64,000 bases of DNA from IMG/VR virus record IMGVR_UViG_3300014962_000004, positions 1-64,000 of that record; one strand, 5' to 3'. Of this stretch, positions 1 to 9,369 are shown piece after piece (position 1 is the stretch's first letter; each line of letters starts with the position of its first letter). The position numbers and the translations under genes were made by a program. The notes under the pieces are model-generated. The model was not told where the DNA came from and did no database searches. It saw nothing but the letters and a program-made list of their open reading frames with translations. This DNA is from a virus.

Positions 1-1
1 C

Positions 2-2134
2 GCGTTCGAGTTTGTTCTTTTCTGGGGCGCGCTTGTTGCGCTCGGCCCGGATGCTGCGGCGCTCGGCGCGGTCGGCCTCCTCGGCAAGATACTTCTGCAA
101 GGGGTCGGTGTAGTGCGCCTTGTTCGACTCGAACAGGTTGAGGCGTTCGGTGTCGCGACCGGAGCGCAGCGCGTCGACGTTGGTGGATCCCACGCTGGTG
201 CGGTTGATGGCTTTCCACCATCTATCGAGGGACTCGTGCAGCAGCTCGGTGGTCACCACCATCACTGCGTCGGAGAGGTCTTTGGTCTGTATCGGACCCA
301 CCTCTTGCTTGTCCACTTTGCCGTTTTTCTCCTGCAGGAACTTCAGTTCGAGTTCGAGCAGTGACTGTCCTTCTTCGGCGAAGTTGTCCTTGTAGGCGTG
401 CACCCAGCCGAGGTTCAGCGCGCTCTTGAACTTCTCGAAACGGTCTTGGTTCTCTTTGACCGTGAACGTCTTTTCTAACACTCGGATATGCGGGAACGCG
501 CGCTTCTGATGCGCGATGAAACCGGCGCTGTTGAACTGGTCGTAGCTCATCTTGACCATGCTCGGGAAGCGCGTCAGGTAGTCGTCCAGCTCCTCACCGA
601 CTTGCACGTAGTCGATGGTGTGTTGCGGAAAGTCTTGTGGCTTCCACACTTTCAATACGTCGATGATGACGTGCGGCCACGCAATGCCGTGCTCGTCCGG
701 CGGTGCTTCTTCGAGGTGGGCAATGCAGAAACCGAAATTCGCGTTGGTGCGCGACGGGTCGGCGTGCGCGCGGTAAGCGATGGACAGCTTGCCCTGTCGC
801 TGCTCGACGAGAGGATCCCGCCAGTCCGGCTTGAGGAACATCCGGTCGACCATGATCTCGTTGAGGTATGCGTCTTGCACGGTGGCGAACTGAGCGCCGC
901 GCTCGACTTTGAATTTGTCGGGGTTGCGTTGCTTGCGACGGAATTGCACGCGCTCGTCCGGTGTGCCGTCCTCTTTCGGCTCGAACTGTACCGGGTTGTT
1001 CCAGCGTGGGAATGTGCGAGTTCTGTTGGGGCGTACTTGTATTTCGCGTGAGCGTTCCCAGTCCTTATACGGCTCCCAGGACGGCAGCTGGATGATGAGG
1101 AACGTCGGCTCGGCCACAGCTGCGCTGATCTCATCGGGTTCGAGGTCGATGTCTTGCGCGGCGGCTTCCTCGATGAAGCTTGATGTCTTCATCTTGCCTT
1201 CGCGCTCGTTGTACTCATCAAGCGTGACCCTGCCCTGCTGATACAGGTCGTAGAATTTGCCGATCTTTGAGTACGGGCTGGACGCGATGTAAGTCATTGC
1301 GGCAGAGCCGAACTGGTCGAGCGAGGGCTGGAATGCGTCGTAGATTTCCTCGCCGGTTTTAGCGGATCCGGTGCCGGAAATCATGTGCGCCATCTCGTCG
1401 TAGGCGTTGAACAAACCGGTACCACCACGGCCACTGGACGACACCGAAGATGATGCCTTGCAGTAGATGGTGGCGATCTCACGCTCACTGCTGATACCCG
1501 CGAGCTTGTTCTCCATGATCATTTGTTCGTCGCCAGGCGTGCGGATGTAGAACTCGGTGTACTTGTCGCCAACGATGTGGTTGCGCAGGTACTCGCAGTT
1601 GATCACGGTGTTGCGGATGTCGCGGAACTGACGGGTGACGGCTTGGGTCAGGCTGGTGGCTACGACCATGATTTCAGCGACCTGTCCGGGCACCTGGTTG
1701 AAGTGCTGCTGCCAGGATCCCAGGCTGTAGAGGTAGGCAATGCGTTCGGCCCCCAGGATGCCGCCGAGGATGCCTTTAGAGGCGCGTCGTCCCATCACCA
1801 TCTGCACGTGCGGGAAGTGCGTGAAGCCGTGGTTCTTCAGATAGTCAATGCGGTCCCAGATGTCCGGCTGAACGCCCATCGGGTTGGAGTAGTTCTTGAA
1901 CGACTCGGCCCAGTTGCCGATCACGTCCTTGTCGTACTCGGTCATCTGCTCGGTCTCTAGGTAGATGAGTTTGAGCAGTGTCATCTGACGCGGATACAAG
2001 CGCTTACCACAGAAGCTGCTGTGCGTGGCGAAGTCGACGATAGATTCCCACGGCGGACCTTTGCGCAGACCAGACTGGAACGGGCTGACCACATCCCAGT
2101 TCTTATCGGTCGACGGTGTCCAAATCCCTGTCAT
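2..2134 (-). CDS. Terminase large subunit (partial; 3' end lies beyond the left edge; not in the ORF track)
   Basis: Manual translation from ATG at 2134 (MTGIWTPSTDKNWDVVSPF...) stays open to base 2. Contains Walker A-like VMGRRASKG, Walker B NAYDEMAH, ASSPYSKIGKFYDLY, FKVERGAQF, and RNase-H-like nuclease acids in HADPSRTNANF and KDLSDAV. Confidence 0.9.
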   Translation of the reverse strand, partial: MTGIWTPSTDKNWDVVSPFQSGLRKGPPWESIVDFATHSSFCGKRLYPRQMTLLKLIYLETEQMTEYDKDVIGNWAESFKNYSNPMGVQPDIWDRIDYLKNHGFTHFPHVQMVMGRRASKGILGGILGAERIAYLYSLGSWQQHFNQVPGQVAEIMVVATSLTQAVTRQFRDIRNTVINCEYLRNHIVGDKYTEFYIRTPGDEQMIMENKLAGISSEREIATIYCKASSSVSSSGRGGTGLFNAYDEMAHMISGTGSAKTGEEIYDAFQPSLDQFGSAAMTYIASSPYSKIGKFYDLYQQGRVTLDEYNEREGKMKTSSFIEEAAAQDIDLEPDEISAAVAEPTFLIIQLPSWEPYKDWERSREIQVRPNRTRTFPRWNNPVQFEPKEDGTPDERVQFRRKQRNPDKFKVERGAQFATVQDAYLNEIMVDRMFLKPDWRDPLVEQRQGKLSIAYRAHADPSRTNANFGFCIAHLEEAPPDEHGIAWPHVIIDVLKVWKPQDFPQHTIDYVQVGEELDDYLTRFPSMVKMSYDQFNSAGFIAHQKRAFPHIRVLEKTFTVKENQDRFEKFKSALNLGWVHAYKDNFAEEGQSLLELELKFLQEKNGKVDKQEVGPIQTKDLSDAVMVVTTELLHESLDRWWKAINRTSVGSTNVDALRSGRDTERLNLFESNKAHYTDPLQKYLAEEADRAERRSIRAERNKRAPEKNKLER

Positions 2135-2137
2135 TGC

Positions 2138-3154
2138 TTAGCTTTTCAGGTAGGCGATGGCTTCGGCGGTGCTGTAGTTCACATGCGGTCCGGTCTGCTT
2201 GCCAAAGAAGACTAGCGCATCGAGCATGGCCTTCACCATGCCAGTGGTTTCGCTGATCGCATCCGCGTCGCGGGAGATGCCGGTCAGCTCCATCACCTGA
2301 CGCAGCAGCGAGTTGGGGCCGGTCATCGCGTCGCCGTTGCGGATGATCTGCCAGATGGCGTTGCGGTTCTCGCCGCTCTCGTCGTCCGGGGAGCAGGCGT
2401 ACAGATCCCCCAGGTGGGCGTATTCGCGCCAGAACGATGGCGTGCGGGCCATCCGGTTGTCGGCCACCCCTTGAGTGTTCACCGGCGCGGGTGGTGCGCC
2501 TGCATCCGGCCAGACGATGTTCTTCTGACGGCAGGGGTTGCCCCACGTGCACACCTTGAGCAGCTTGGGCAGCATCCAGTGCAGCCTGCCGTTCTCGGGT
2601 TCGATCTGCTCCATGTACAGCTCGGATACGCAGATGGCTCCCTGGCTGTAACCGAGAAGTGCTGCGCCACAACGCATTACCTGATCACGGTGAATGTTGA
2701 TCTGATTTTCCAATTCCGCTTTTCCGCCGGAGATGCTGCCTCCCATTGGTATGGCCCTCGCCTCATACCCAATAGGCTGCCATTTGTATTGTCCCTCAAC
2801 GGCTTTCGCGGTATCAGCGTCGGGGCCTACCCACCAGGGCACCCCAGTTCCACACACAGAAAACAGCATCGGACGCTGATCGAGTTTGGGTGGCCGGGGC
2901 ACGTAGCCCATCACCACCTTGGTCTCGAAGTTGATCACGCCCGGCGTGTACTTGCCGGTGGCCAGCTGACCGAAACCGGTGTTGTACCGCGCCTGCATCT
3001 CGGTGACGGCCTTGACCATCTGCTGGTCGTATAGGTTGGTGTCCGCCAAATCCTTTGCGTAACTGAACTTCTTACGCATGAACGCCTTGATGCGCCGCAC
3101 CTCGGGATCAGAGTCCCCGAGGCCCCAGCCGATCCACTGCCCGCCGACGCGCAT
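2138..3154 (-). CDS. lysB: Lysin B (cutinase-like mycolylarabinogalactan esterase) with N-terminal cell-wall-binding domain
   Basis: GYSQG nucleophile elbow, WGNPCR, Asp in HLGDLY and His in GPHVNY; follows lysA and holin. Confidence 0.92.
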   Translation of the reverse strand: MRVGGQWIGWGLGDSDPEVRRIKAFMRKKFSYAKDLADTNLYDQQMVKAVTEMQARYNTGFGQLATGKYTPGVINFETKVVMGYVPRPPKLDQRPMLFSVCGTGVPWWVGPDADTAKAVEGQYKWQPIGYEARAIPMGGSISGGKAELENQINIHRDQVMRCGAALLGYSQGAICVSELYMEQIEPENGRLHWMLPKLLKVCTWGNPCRQKNIVWPDAGAPPAPVNTQGVADNRMARTPSFWREYAHLGDLYACSPDDESGENRNAIWQIIRNGDAMTGPNSLLRQVMELTGISRDADAISETTGMVKAMLDALVFFGKQTGPHVNYSTAEAIAYLKS

Positions 3155-3156
3155 GG

Positions 3157-3582
3157 CTACGGCTGGTAGTTCGCGCTGGAAGGGTCGGCGTTGCCGGTGT
3201 CTTCAACGACCTTGGGTGTCAGAGCCTCGACAGCGGCGGGCACCACCGGAGCGGCGGCGGACAGCACACCGTTGACGACATCCTTGACGCGCGCCAGGTC
3301 GGTGACAGCGGTGGAAGCCTGCTGCACGGTGGCCTGGATGGCGGCGATGGCCTGCTCGGGTGCGGTGCCGGTGAAGTCCAGGGTGCCGTCCTTGCGCTGC
3401 CGTGAGGTCATCACAGCGGCGGAGGAGGCACCCACGGTGCCCAGCCCGCCGAGCACGCCGATGAGGTTCACCCACGCGCCTGCCACGTCGGTGTCAATCA
3501 CGTTGTACGCCACCAGGATTGGCACAATGGCCGAGGCGAGTGCGGCGGCGGTGTAAAGCCATTGTCGATGTTGTGCGTTCAT
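3157..3582 (-). CDS. Holin
   Basis: RQWLY start, two N-terminal hydrophobic helices, located between lysA and lysB. Confidence 0.85.
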   Translation of the reverse strand: MNAQHRQWLYTAAALASAIVPILVAYNVIDTDVAGAWVNLIGVLGGLGTVGASSAAVMTSRQRKDGTLDFTGTAPEQAIAAIQATVQQASTAVTDLARVKDVVNGVLSAAAPVVPAAVEALTPKVVEDTGNADPSSANYQP

Positions 3583-4748
3583 GGTTTCCCTTTCAGTGCC
3601 ATCCAGATGTCTTCGAGCAGCTGCCGGTCGGAGAGCTTGCTGGGATCAAGCGGTGCGGTCACCGGCGGCGGTGTCGGGGCCGGTGCGTTGGGCCGGAACA
3701 CACCGCGCTGGGCTTTGGCCACCTCGCCCCGGAACCAGTTCATGTCGATGTTCCCTGGATCCCATTTGCCCTGCGCTCGACCGGCCCATTCCTTGTGGCC
3801 GATGACCCGCTCGGGGCCGACACCCAGCCGGGTGAGGATGGCGGCGACGGTGTCGCGCATGGCGATGATCTGTGCGTCCGGCCAGCGTTCGCGGGTCTGG
3901 GTGGCCGGGGTGATCGAGGTGTCGCGCGGCCAGGCGCACTCGATGCCGATGGTGTGGTAGTTGGCCAGATCCTTGGGGATGCCGGGGTAGCTGCCCATCC
4001 CGGCGTGCCAGCAGACCCCAGCGGCGACGATGCTGACCGTGCCGTCCGGGGCGATGTGCAGCTGGCTCAGCGGGCCTTCCAAGTCGGGCCGTCCGCGCCG
4101 GATGCTGTCGGCGGTCTCGGCGGCGTTGCCGGTGTGGTGGACGATCACGCCCCACAGCTCGCGCATGTCGCCGTGTCCGTAGTTCTTCCAGTCCGGCAGC
4201 TCGCGAACCTTTAACTTCGGCTCCTGGGCGCGCAGCACGTCAGCCAACCAGGTCGGGTCGCCTGTCCATCCCACTGTCATCTCCTTGATTGAGGGCGGTT
4301 CCAGCGCGCCCTGGAGGCGCGGCAGGGGGTCGATCTTCTGGGCCGGGGCGTAGGCGTTAGGCATGTAGCTCAGATGCAGGTGCGGGGCCGTGCCGCCGTT
4401 GGTGTTGCTGTCCGGATTGATCCGCGCTATCGGCTGACCGGCGACCACCCGGCTGCCGGTGCGGATGTCGGGGTTGCGGACGATGTGCCCGTACTCCCAC
4501 ACCCCGCCGCCCTGATCGTCGTCAGAGTCGATCACCAGCCACCCGGCGGGATCGGGGCCTCCGTAGCCCTGTGCGGCCCCGTGGTAGATGACGGTGCCGT
4601 CCTGCACGGCGTACACCGTTCGTCCGCCAGAGCCGCCAGGAAAGCCGAAATCGGCCCCGGCGTGAAAACCCCCGTCCCGTGGGCCGAACGGTGATGTGAC
4701 GATCCGGCCCCGCTCCAGCGGCCAGTAGCGTCCAGGCATGCTGACCAC
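3579..4748 (-). CDS. lysA: Lysin A: M23 peptidase plus amidase-2 domain
   Basis: M23 motifs HAGADF and PHLHLS; amidase motifs VIVHHT, CWHAG, IGIE, GHKEW and KWDP. Confidence 0.93.
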   Translation of the reverse strand: MVSMPGRYWPLERGRIVTSPFGPRDGGFHAGADFGFPGGSGGRTVYAVQDGTVIYHGAAQGYGGPDPAGWLVIDSDDDQGGGVWEYGHIVRNPDIRTGSRVVAGQPIARINPDSNTNGGTAPHLHLSYMPNAYAPAQKIDPLPRLQGALEPPSIKEMTVGWTGDPTWLADVLRAQEPKLKVRELPDWKNYGHGDMRELWGVIVHHTGNAAETADSIRRGRPDLEGPLSQLHIAPDGTVSIVAAGVCWHAGMGSYPGIPKDLANYHTIGIECAWPRDTSITPATQTRERWPDAQIIAMRDTVAAILTRLGVGPERVIGHKEWAGRAQGKWDPGNIDMNWFRGEVAKAQRGVFRPNAPAPTPPPVTAPLDPSKLSDRQLLEDIWMALKGKP

Positions 4749-4755
4749 CTCCTCC

Positions 4756-5589
4756 TTACGCGCTCAGCGAGCCGGTCAGCAGCCAGGCTTCCTCGCCGAC
4801 CTTTTGCAGCCGGGCGCGGGCGAAACGGGCGGACAGGCTGGTGCCGGTGCCGAAGATGGTCACGCCGTCGCCGCCGCTGACGGTGAGCGTGCCGACCCCG
4901 GCCCGGACGATGTCGATCCAGGTGCCGACCGGGAAGCCGACCGCGTAGGTGGGCGGGGCAATGAGGGTTACGGCGGTGTCGGTGTCGACCAGCACCAGGC
5001 TGCCCGCGTCGCTCCACTGGAAGCCGTAGTTGGGGCCGAACTGGACGTTGTTGATCGGCTGCATAGAGGTGCACACCGGCTGGTCGCCGACGGTCACCTT
5101 GCCGCCGCCCTGCGCGTACAGGTTGAGGTTGATGTTGGCATCGTCGCCGATGATGCCGACGTTGACACCCTGGCCGCTGTTGGCGTTGGAGACGTAGAGG
5201 TGGTTGACGGCGTTGTTGCCCACGCCCAGGAACCGCAGCACCGACTGGCCACCGTTGGTGGCCATCACGTCGTCGAGGGGAAGCTGGGTGTGCATGAGGT
5301 TGATCGGCACCCGGCCACCCTCGTCGCGGGGGACGTAGGCGTTGGGGTCGATGCCGCCACCGCCGGGCAGCTCGCTGGCCGGGATCTCGGTGATGATGTC
5401 GTTGAAATCAGAGTCGGTGGCAACCTCCACCTTGTTGTCAGCCCACAGCGCCTGAAACTCGGGCTTCTGCGCCGCCCACAGCGGCAACACAGCGTAGGGG
5501 TGGTTGCCGTCGAGCACCACGTCGTTGTCGTAGTCCTGGCTGCTGATCGTCAGTGCCATGGGCACCGTGGTGCGGACGTACATCGTCAT
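4756..5589 (-). CDS. Putative virion/fibre-like protein
   Basis: Beta-rich; the C-terminus (FPVGTWIDIVRAGVGTLTVSGGDGVTI...ARLQKVGEEAWLLTGSL) resembles a common phage structural domain; SD GGGAG upstream. Confidence 0.55.
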   Translation of the reverse strand: MTMYVRTTVPMALTISSQDYDNDVVLDGNHPYAVLPLWAAQKPEFQALWADNKVEVATDSDFNDIITEIPASELPGGGGIDPNAYVPRDEGGRVPINLMHTQLPLDDVMATNGGQSVLRFLGVGNNAVNHLYVSNANSGQGVNVGIIGDDANINLNLYAQGGGKVTVGDQPVCTSMQPINNVQFGPNYGFQWSDAGSLVLVDTDTAVTLIAPPTYAVGFPVGTWIDIVRAGVGTLTVSGGDGVTIFGTGTSLSARFARARLQKVGEEAWLLTGSLSA

Positions 5590-5675
5590 GTGGCTTCTCC
5601 CGCTCTCTCACCTGTTCTGGGCCGAACTGGTGGCCGGGACAGGGAACGGGAGGCTGTGAGCTTTCTGGGGGCACA

Positions 5676-5704
5676 GAAAAGCCCCCGGCGGGGAACCGGG
5701 GGCT
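5676..5704 (-). terminator. Intrinsic terminator
   Basis: AGCCCCCGG/CCGGGGGCT 9-bp stem followed by a T run on the minus strand, just after the 5721 stop. Confidence 0.8.
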
Positions 5705-5720
5705 AATCTGTCGGTGGCGG

Positions 5721-6239
5721 TTACCGGGAAATGATCTCCAACACCTTTGCCTTGGCCTCCTCGACGGTGGCGAACGAAACCTCACGGTAGGTGACACCAT
5801 CAACGGTGAACGCCTGGTTGTGATACCACACGGTGGCCAGCACCTCGCCGGTCTCAGTGTCGTGCTCGATCTCGGCGCGGAAATCGCCAGCGTCGAGGCT
5901 GTGCCGGGTCAGGTTGGGCCAGCGGGCCGGGGTGCGGCTCGTCCACTGCGGGTCGGCGACCGCGTTGGCGCGCTGGTGCACCTCGCAGATGCTGTTGCCG
6001 ACGGCGTGACGCTGGCCGCAGGTCTCGCACACCGGGCGACCGGTCTGCGGATCGTCGCACTTGTGCGGGCGGTGGGCCAGCACGGTGGTGCCGCCCTTGC
6101 TGTAGCCGCCGTCGGCACCGCCAAGGGGAGCACCGTGGAACTTTTGGGTCAGGGCCAGGTAGTAGCGGCCCGTCTTCTTGGACTGAACCCAGGCCAGGTC
6201 GGGCTGGCCGCAACGCTTGCAAGTGGTGGTGGTGGTCAT
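5721..6239 (-). CDS. Hypothetical protein with Cys/His zinc-binding motifs (predicted leaderless)
   Basis: CKRC and CETC...C..H motifs; ATG lies 6 nt after a -10 box. Confidence 0.75.
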   Translation of the reverse strand: MTTTTTCKRCGQPDLAWVQSKKTGRYYLALTQKFHGAPLGGADGGYSKGGTTVLAHRPHKCDDPQTGRPVCETCGQRHAVGNSICEVHQRANAVADPQWTSRTPARWPNLTRHSLDAGDFRAEIEHDTETGEVLATVWYHNQAFTVDGVTYREVSFATVEEAKAKVLEIISR

Positions 6240-6245
6240 GACTCC

Positions 6246-6274
6246 ACCATACGCGCGCTACAGCCTGATCGCAA
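6246..6274 (-). promoter_or_regulatory. SigA-like promoter, CTRTAG family
   Basis: TTGCGA-tcaggCTGTAGcgcgcg(17)-TATGGT-ggagtc-ATG. Confidence 0.75.
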
Positions 6275-6275
6275 A

Positions 6276-7058
6276 CTAGCCGATGACGACGGCGGTGTAC
6301 TGCCCGGTGACAGGCGGCGATGCGAATTCCACCGCCACGGTGTTGCCGTCCAGGTTGGGGCGGCAGATCGCGCTGACCGGCACCCTGGTGCTGGTGTTGT
6401 AGACCGTCACCTGAACGAACACGGTGCCCAGATTGTGGCTGATCGCCCCGAAATTGCCGGACGCGGGGATCACCAGGCCGACCCACCGACGAGCCGCGAC
6501 ATTGGTGTCCAGCCGGAAATCGTAGAGGGTTTGATTGGCTTCGGTGGTGGCCACCTTGGTGATGCCGCCGGATGCGGTGAAACCAAGCGCGTCGAGGCCG
6601 TCGCTGCCGAGCACCGGGTTGCCGTCCGCGTCGATCACCTGGCCGAGGCTGTTCAGTCCGGCCACCCCGTTGGGCCGTCCCCGGTCGGTCCACTGGACGT
6701 AGGTTTCGCCGCCCAAGATCGCCCCCAGATCGCCGAGATCGGCGAAGTTGACATCGCTGTCCGGCATCGCAAAATCGTGCGTGTACTGCCGCCCCATGTA
6801 CCGCTCGCGCCACGCGATGCGGTACAGCACGCGCTGGTTCAGGCTCGGGCTGTCGGTGGGCACCAGATCGAACGTGACGGCGTTGGTGGCGTTGGTGAGC
6901 ACAATGGTCTGGGCCTGGGTGCCGCCGACAAGCGACAGGTCGGCCTCCGGCGACCCCGGCTCAGACAGCGGGGTGATGGCGATCTCCATCGTGTTGGGCA
7001 CCCCGGCGGTGATGCTGCGCTCGAAGCTGACCGTCAGGCGGCGGCGCGGAATGGTCAC
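6276..7058 (-). CDS. Putative virion structural protein
   Basis: NGVAGLNSLGQV motif and C-terminal HNLGT...VTVY...VEFASPP..GQYTAVVIG, typical of phage structural proteins. Confidence 0.55.
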   Translation of the reverse strand: MTIPRRRLTVSFERSITAGVPNTMEIAITPLSEPGSPEADLSLVGGTQAQTIVLTNATNAVTFDLVPTDSPSLNQRVLYRIAWRERYMGRQYTHDFAMPDSDVNFADLGDLGAILGGETYVQWTDRGRPNGVAGLNSLGQVIDADGNPVLGSDGLDALGFTASGGITKVATTEANQTLYDFRLDTNVAARRWVGLVIPASGNFGAISHNLGTVFVQVTVYNTSTRVPVSAICRPNLDGNTVAVEFASPPVTGQYTAVVIG

Positions 7059-7062
7059 GGGG

Positions 7063-7302
7063 TCAGTCCTCTAGCTCGATGTTGTCGATTCCGGCGGGAT
7101 CCAGATCGTCGGCCTGGTTGAGCAGGCTGGCGGCGACCTGACGGGCACCGGCGGGCGATGTCTGGAAGATAAGGGTCACGTCCAGCTCTGGGTTGGTCAA
7201 CACGAGCGCAACCGAGTCGCCCTTTTTACCGATGCTGATCCTATCGGTGAGGTAACCGGTCACGTCCTTGCGGTCGAACCGGTCCGGCGGCGGCAATGTC
7301 AT
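7063..7302 (-). CDS. Hypothetical protein
   Basis: ORF packed in the minus-strand gene series. Confidence 0.65.
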   Translation of the reverse strand: MTLPPPDRFDRKDVTGYLTDRISIGKKGDSVALVLTNPELDVTLIFQTSPAGARQVAASLLNQADDLDPAGIDNIELED

Positions 7303-7317
7303 CGCGGCAACCCTTCG

Positions 7318-7446
7318 TCACGAGAAATTGTCCTCCAACATCCCCGGCCCGCCGGGCATGTGGCGGCGGACCCCCGGCGGGGGATCCGAGGGGGCGGGGC
7401 CGGGTGCGGGCTGATTCTCGTCGAGAGGGGTATCATCCTCGGCCAC
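7318..7446 (-). CDS. Small 42-aa Pro/acidic-rich protein (below ORF-track cutoff)
   Basis: Strong SD AGGAGG then GTG; MAEDDTPLDENQPAPGPAPSDPPPGVRRHMPGGPGMLEDNFS. Confidence 0.55.
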   Translation of the reverse strand: MAEDDTPLDENQPAPGPAPSDPPPGVRRHMPGGPGMLEDNFS

Positions 7447-7456
7447 GGTGCGCCTC

Positions 7457-7585
7457 CTACTTATTCCTGTGTTCTGCGCACCACCAACCCAGGACACCGC
7501 GCACTATGGCAAGCACCTCACCCGGCGCGGCGCAGCCGGGCGCTCGGCAGCCGGGCTGGGCGCGCTTGTCGGAATAACGGCTCAC
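7457..7585 (-). CDS. Small 42-aa possible zinc-finger peptide
   Basis: MSRYSDKRAQPGCRAPGCAAPGEVLAIVRGVLGWWCAEHRNK (C-x4-C...WC-x2-H); its stop abuts the SD of the next gene. Confidence 0.45.
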   Translation of the reverse strand: MSRYSDKRAQPGCRAPGCAAPGEVLAIVRGVLGWWCAEHRNK

Positions 7586-7630
7586 GGGGCCGCTGGCGCG
7601 TGAATGCTCATCGCGGCGACGCTAGCACGC

Positions 7631-7660
7631 AAACAGCCCCGGAGGGCTGCTCCGGGGCTG
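7631..7660 (-). terminator. Intrinsic terminator
   Basis: CAGCCCCGGAG/CTCCGGGGCTG 11-bp stem followed by TTT on the minus strand. Confidence 0.75.
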
Positions 7661-7681
7661 CTGGGCGTGTCTGGCGGAAGT

Positions 7682-8380
7682 CTAGTCGTCCTCGTCCAGA
7701 ACCTCCGCCTTGGTGTGGCTCAGAACGGTCTGATCCTGGCCCTGGTAGGTCTCCTGAGCCTTGACCTTGCCGGTCAGGGTGACTCGGTAGCCGCGCTCCA
7801 ACCCGAACAGGGTGGTGCTGGATCCGAACGTCTTGACGACCTGGCCGCTGTCCAGCTTGACAACGATGAACATTGAGGAAGAGCGATTCCAGCTGCCCTC
7901 GATGTATTTTGCGACCTGGACAATGCCGGGGCCGGTGGCGACCTTGTCGCCGACCTCGCCCAGGAAGCCCTGCACCATGGCGGCGCGGCGGGCCTGCTCG
8001 GCGTGCGCCTCGTCCCACGCGGCTTCGAACTTGGCGGCGGCGATGGCGACGTTGGCGGCGGTCTCACGGGCGATGCGGTTGGCCTCGATCTGGACGGCGT
8101 ACTCGGCCTGGAAAGCCTGACGCTTGGCGTTGCGGCGGGCGGTGCTCACCGAGATGTAGCGACGGTTGGTGCCGTTGCACCAGAAGCACCAGGTGGTGTC
8201 GCCCTTGCCGTTCTGCCAGTGAATGCGCGAGTAGCCGGTGTAGACACCGTCGCGGCACATGCCGCACTCGATGGCGACCTTGTCGGTGCCCTTGAGACCG
8301 GGATGCGGGTCGACGTAGGTGGTGAGCGTGACGGTGCCCAGCTCGGTGGACTTGAATGTGGTGGTGGTGTTGTTGGTCAT
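7682..8380 (-). CDS. Hypothetical protein (Zn-ribbon CxxC/CxxC, possible C-terminal OB fold)
   Basis: CGMC and CFWC motifs, a helical linker and a beta-rich C-terminus; leaderless-type start. Confidence 0.75.
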   Translation of the reverse strand: MTNNTTTTFKSTELGTVTLTTYVDPHPGLKGTDKVAIECGMCRDGVYTGYSRIHWQNGKGDTTWCFWCNGTNRRYISVSTARRNAKRQAFQAEYAVQIEANRIARETAANVAIAAAKFEAAWDEAHAEQARRAAMVQGFLGEVGDKVATGPGIVQVAKYIEGSWNRSSSMFIVVKLDSGQVVKTFGSSTTLFGLERGYRVTLTGKVKAQETYQGQDQTVLSHTKAEVLDEDD

Positions 8381-8386
8381 GACTCC

Positions 8387-8415
8387 AAGATAAGCCGTTT
8401 CAAGCTATAGCGCAA
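8387..8415 (-). promoter_or_regulatory. SigA-like promoter
   Basis: TTGCGC-17-TATCTT-ggagtc-ATG; CTATAG overlaps the -35. Confidence 0.7.
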
Positions 8416-8445
8416 ACAACATGATGTTCGCCGACAACGAACAGG

Positions 8446-8482
8446 AGAAACCCCCGGCCTCGAAGGGGAGACCGGGGGTTCT
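8446..8482 (-). terminator. Intrinsic terminator
   Basis: AACCCCCGG/CCGGGGGTT stem just downstream of the 8507 stop. Confidence 0.7.
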
Positions 8483-8506
8483 CGGCTGTGACAGATCGGA
8501 GGGGAT

Positions 8507-9298
8507 TTAGCGCACCACCACCTCTTCCTCAACGATGGCCACAGCGGCCTTGAGCGCGTCGAGCAGGGCGACCGCGTCGCTCTTGCCGTCAGCGGTGACG
8601 ATAGCGTAGGCAGCCCGGCGCAGCTGCTTCCAGCTCGGGGCCAGCGGGCGCTGGCGGGCCTCGCGGTCGGCTTTCTTTTCGGCCTGCTGCTCGGCAAGCC
8701 GAACCTGCTGGTTGTGCAGCTTCTCAGCGGCCCGCCACAGCACCAGCTCCGGGTTGGTGGCCAGCTTGATGACCTGCTCACGCAGATTGTAGCTGCCGTC
8801 CTCGTCGCGGGTGGCCTCCCACAGCCAGTTGGTGCTGCGGCCCCGCGCGATGCCGGGGTGCTTGAGCCAGGCCGCACCGATGTTGCTGTCCGAACGACCG
8901 GGGTAGTTGCCCTTGCCGCCGAAAGTGTACTCAACGGTGCTAAAACCAGGAATCACGGTCTCGGTACCGTCAGCGGCGAAGTGCCGCAGCTTCGCAGCCT
9001 GCAGCGTCTTGTTGAACTGGCTGTAGCGCTCCCGGCTCTGGTAGTCCAGTTCGAGCTGCCAGGTGCCGCCGTCGGCGGCGGGCTTGACGAAGATGAACGG
9101 GTGCTGGCTCAGGTACTGGTTCTGCTCGGCGGCGGGCAGCTCGCTGAAATCCGGACGGCCCCAGCCGCCATAGTAGTCGTTCAGCGTCTCCGACGAGTCG
9201 AGGTTCCAGCCCAGCTTGACGACCGCGCTGACGAGGGCCTGCTGGCCCTTGCTGTAGCGGAACTTGAGCGGGTAGGCGATGAGGTTGTTGGTAGCCAT
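8507..9298 (-). CDS. Hypothetical protein
   Basis: SD GAAAGGG; phage-like codon usage. Confidence 0.8.
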   Translation of the reverse strand: MATNNLIAYPLKFRYSKGQQALVSAVVKLGWNLDSSETLNDYYGGWGRPDFSELPAAEQNQYLSQHPFIFVKPAADGGTWQLELDYQSRERYSQFNKTLQAAKLRHFAADGTETVIPGFSTVEYTFGGKGNYPGRSDSNIGAAWLKHPGIARGRSTNWLWEATRDEDGSYNLREQVIKLATNPELVLWRAAEKLHNQQVRLAEQQAEKKADREARQRPLAPSWKQLRRAAYAIVTADGKSDAVALLDALKAAVAIVEEEVVVR

Positions 9299-9339
9299 GG
9301 TCGTGGCCCTTTCTGGTGGGTGGTGGTGCGAACGATTCC

Positions 9340-9368
9340 AGTGTAGACGAACTACAGGATGTGTGCCA
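9340..9368 (-). promoter_or_regulatory. SigA-like promoter, CTRTAG family
   Basis: TGGCAC-acatcCTGTAGttcgtc(17)-TACACT. Confidence 0.6.
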
Positions 9369-9369
9369 G

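Noticed and set aside
4738-7121. Long plus-strand ORFs (for example 4738-5706, 5553-7121, 35265-36671, 39124-40524, 53983-55653) and minus-strand 42662-44287
   Set aside because: Antisense shadows of high-GC3 genes, with no motifs or RBS.
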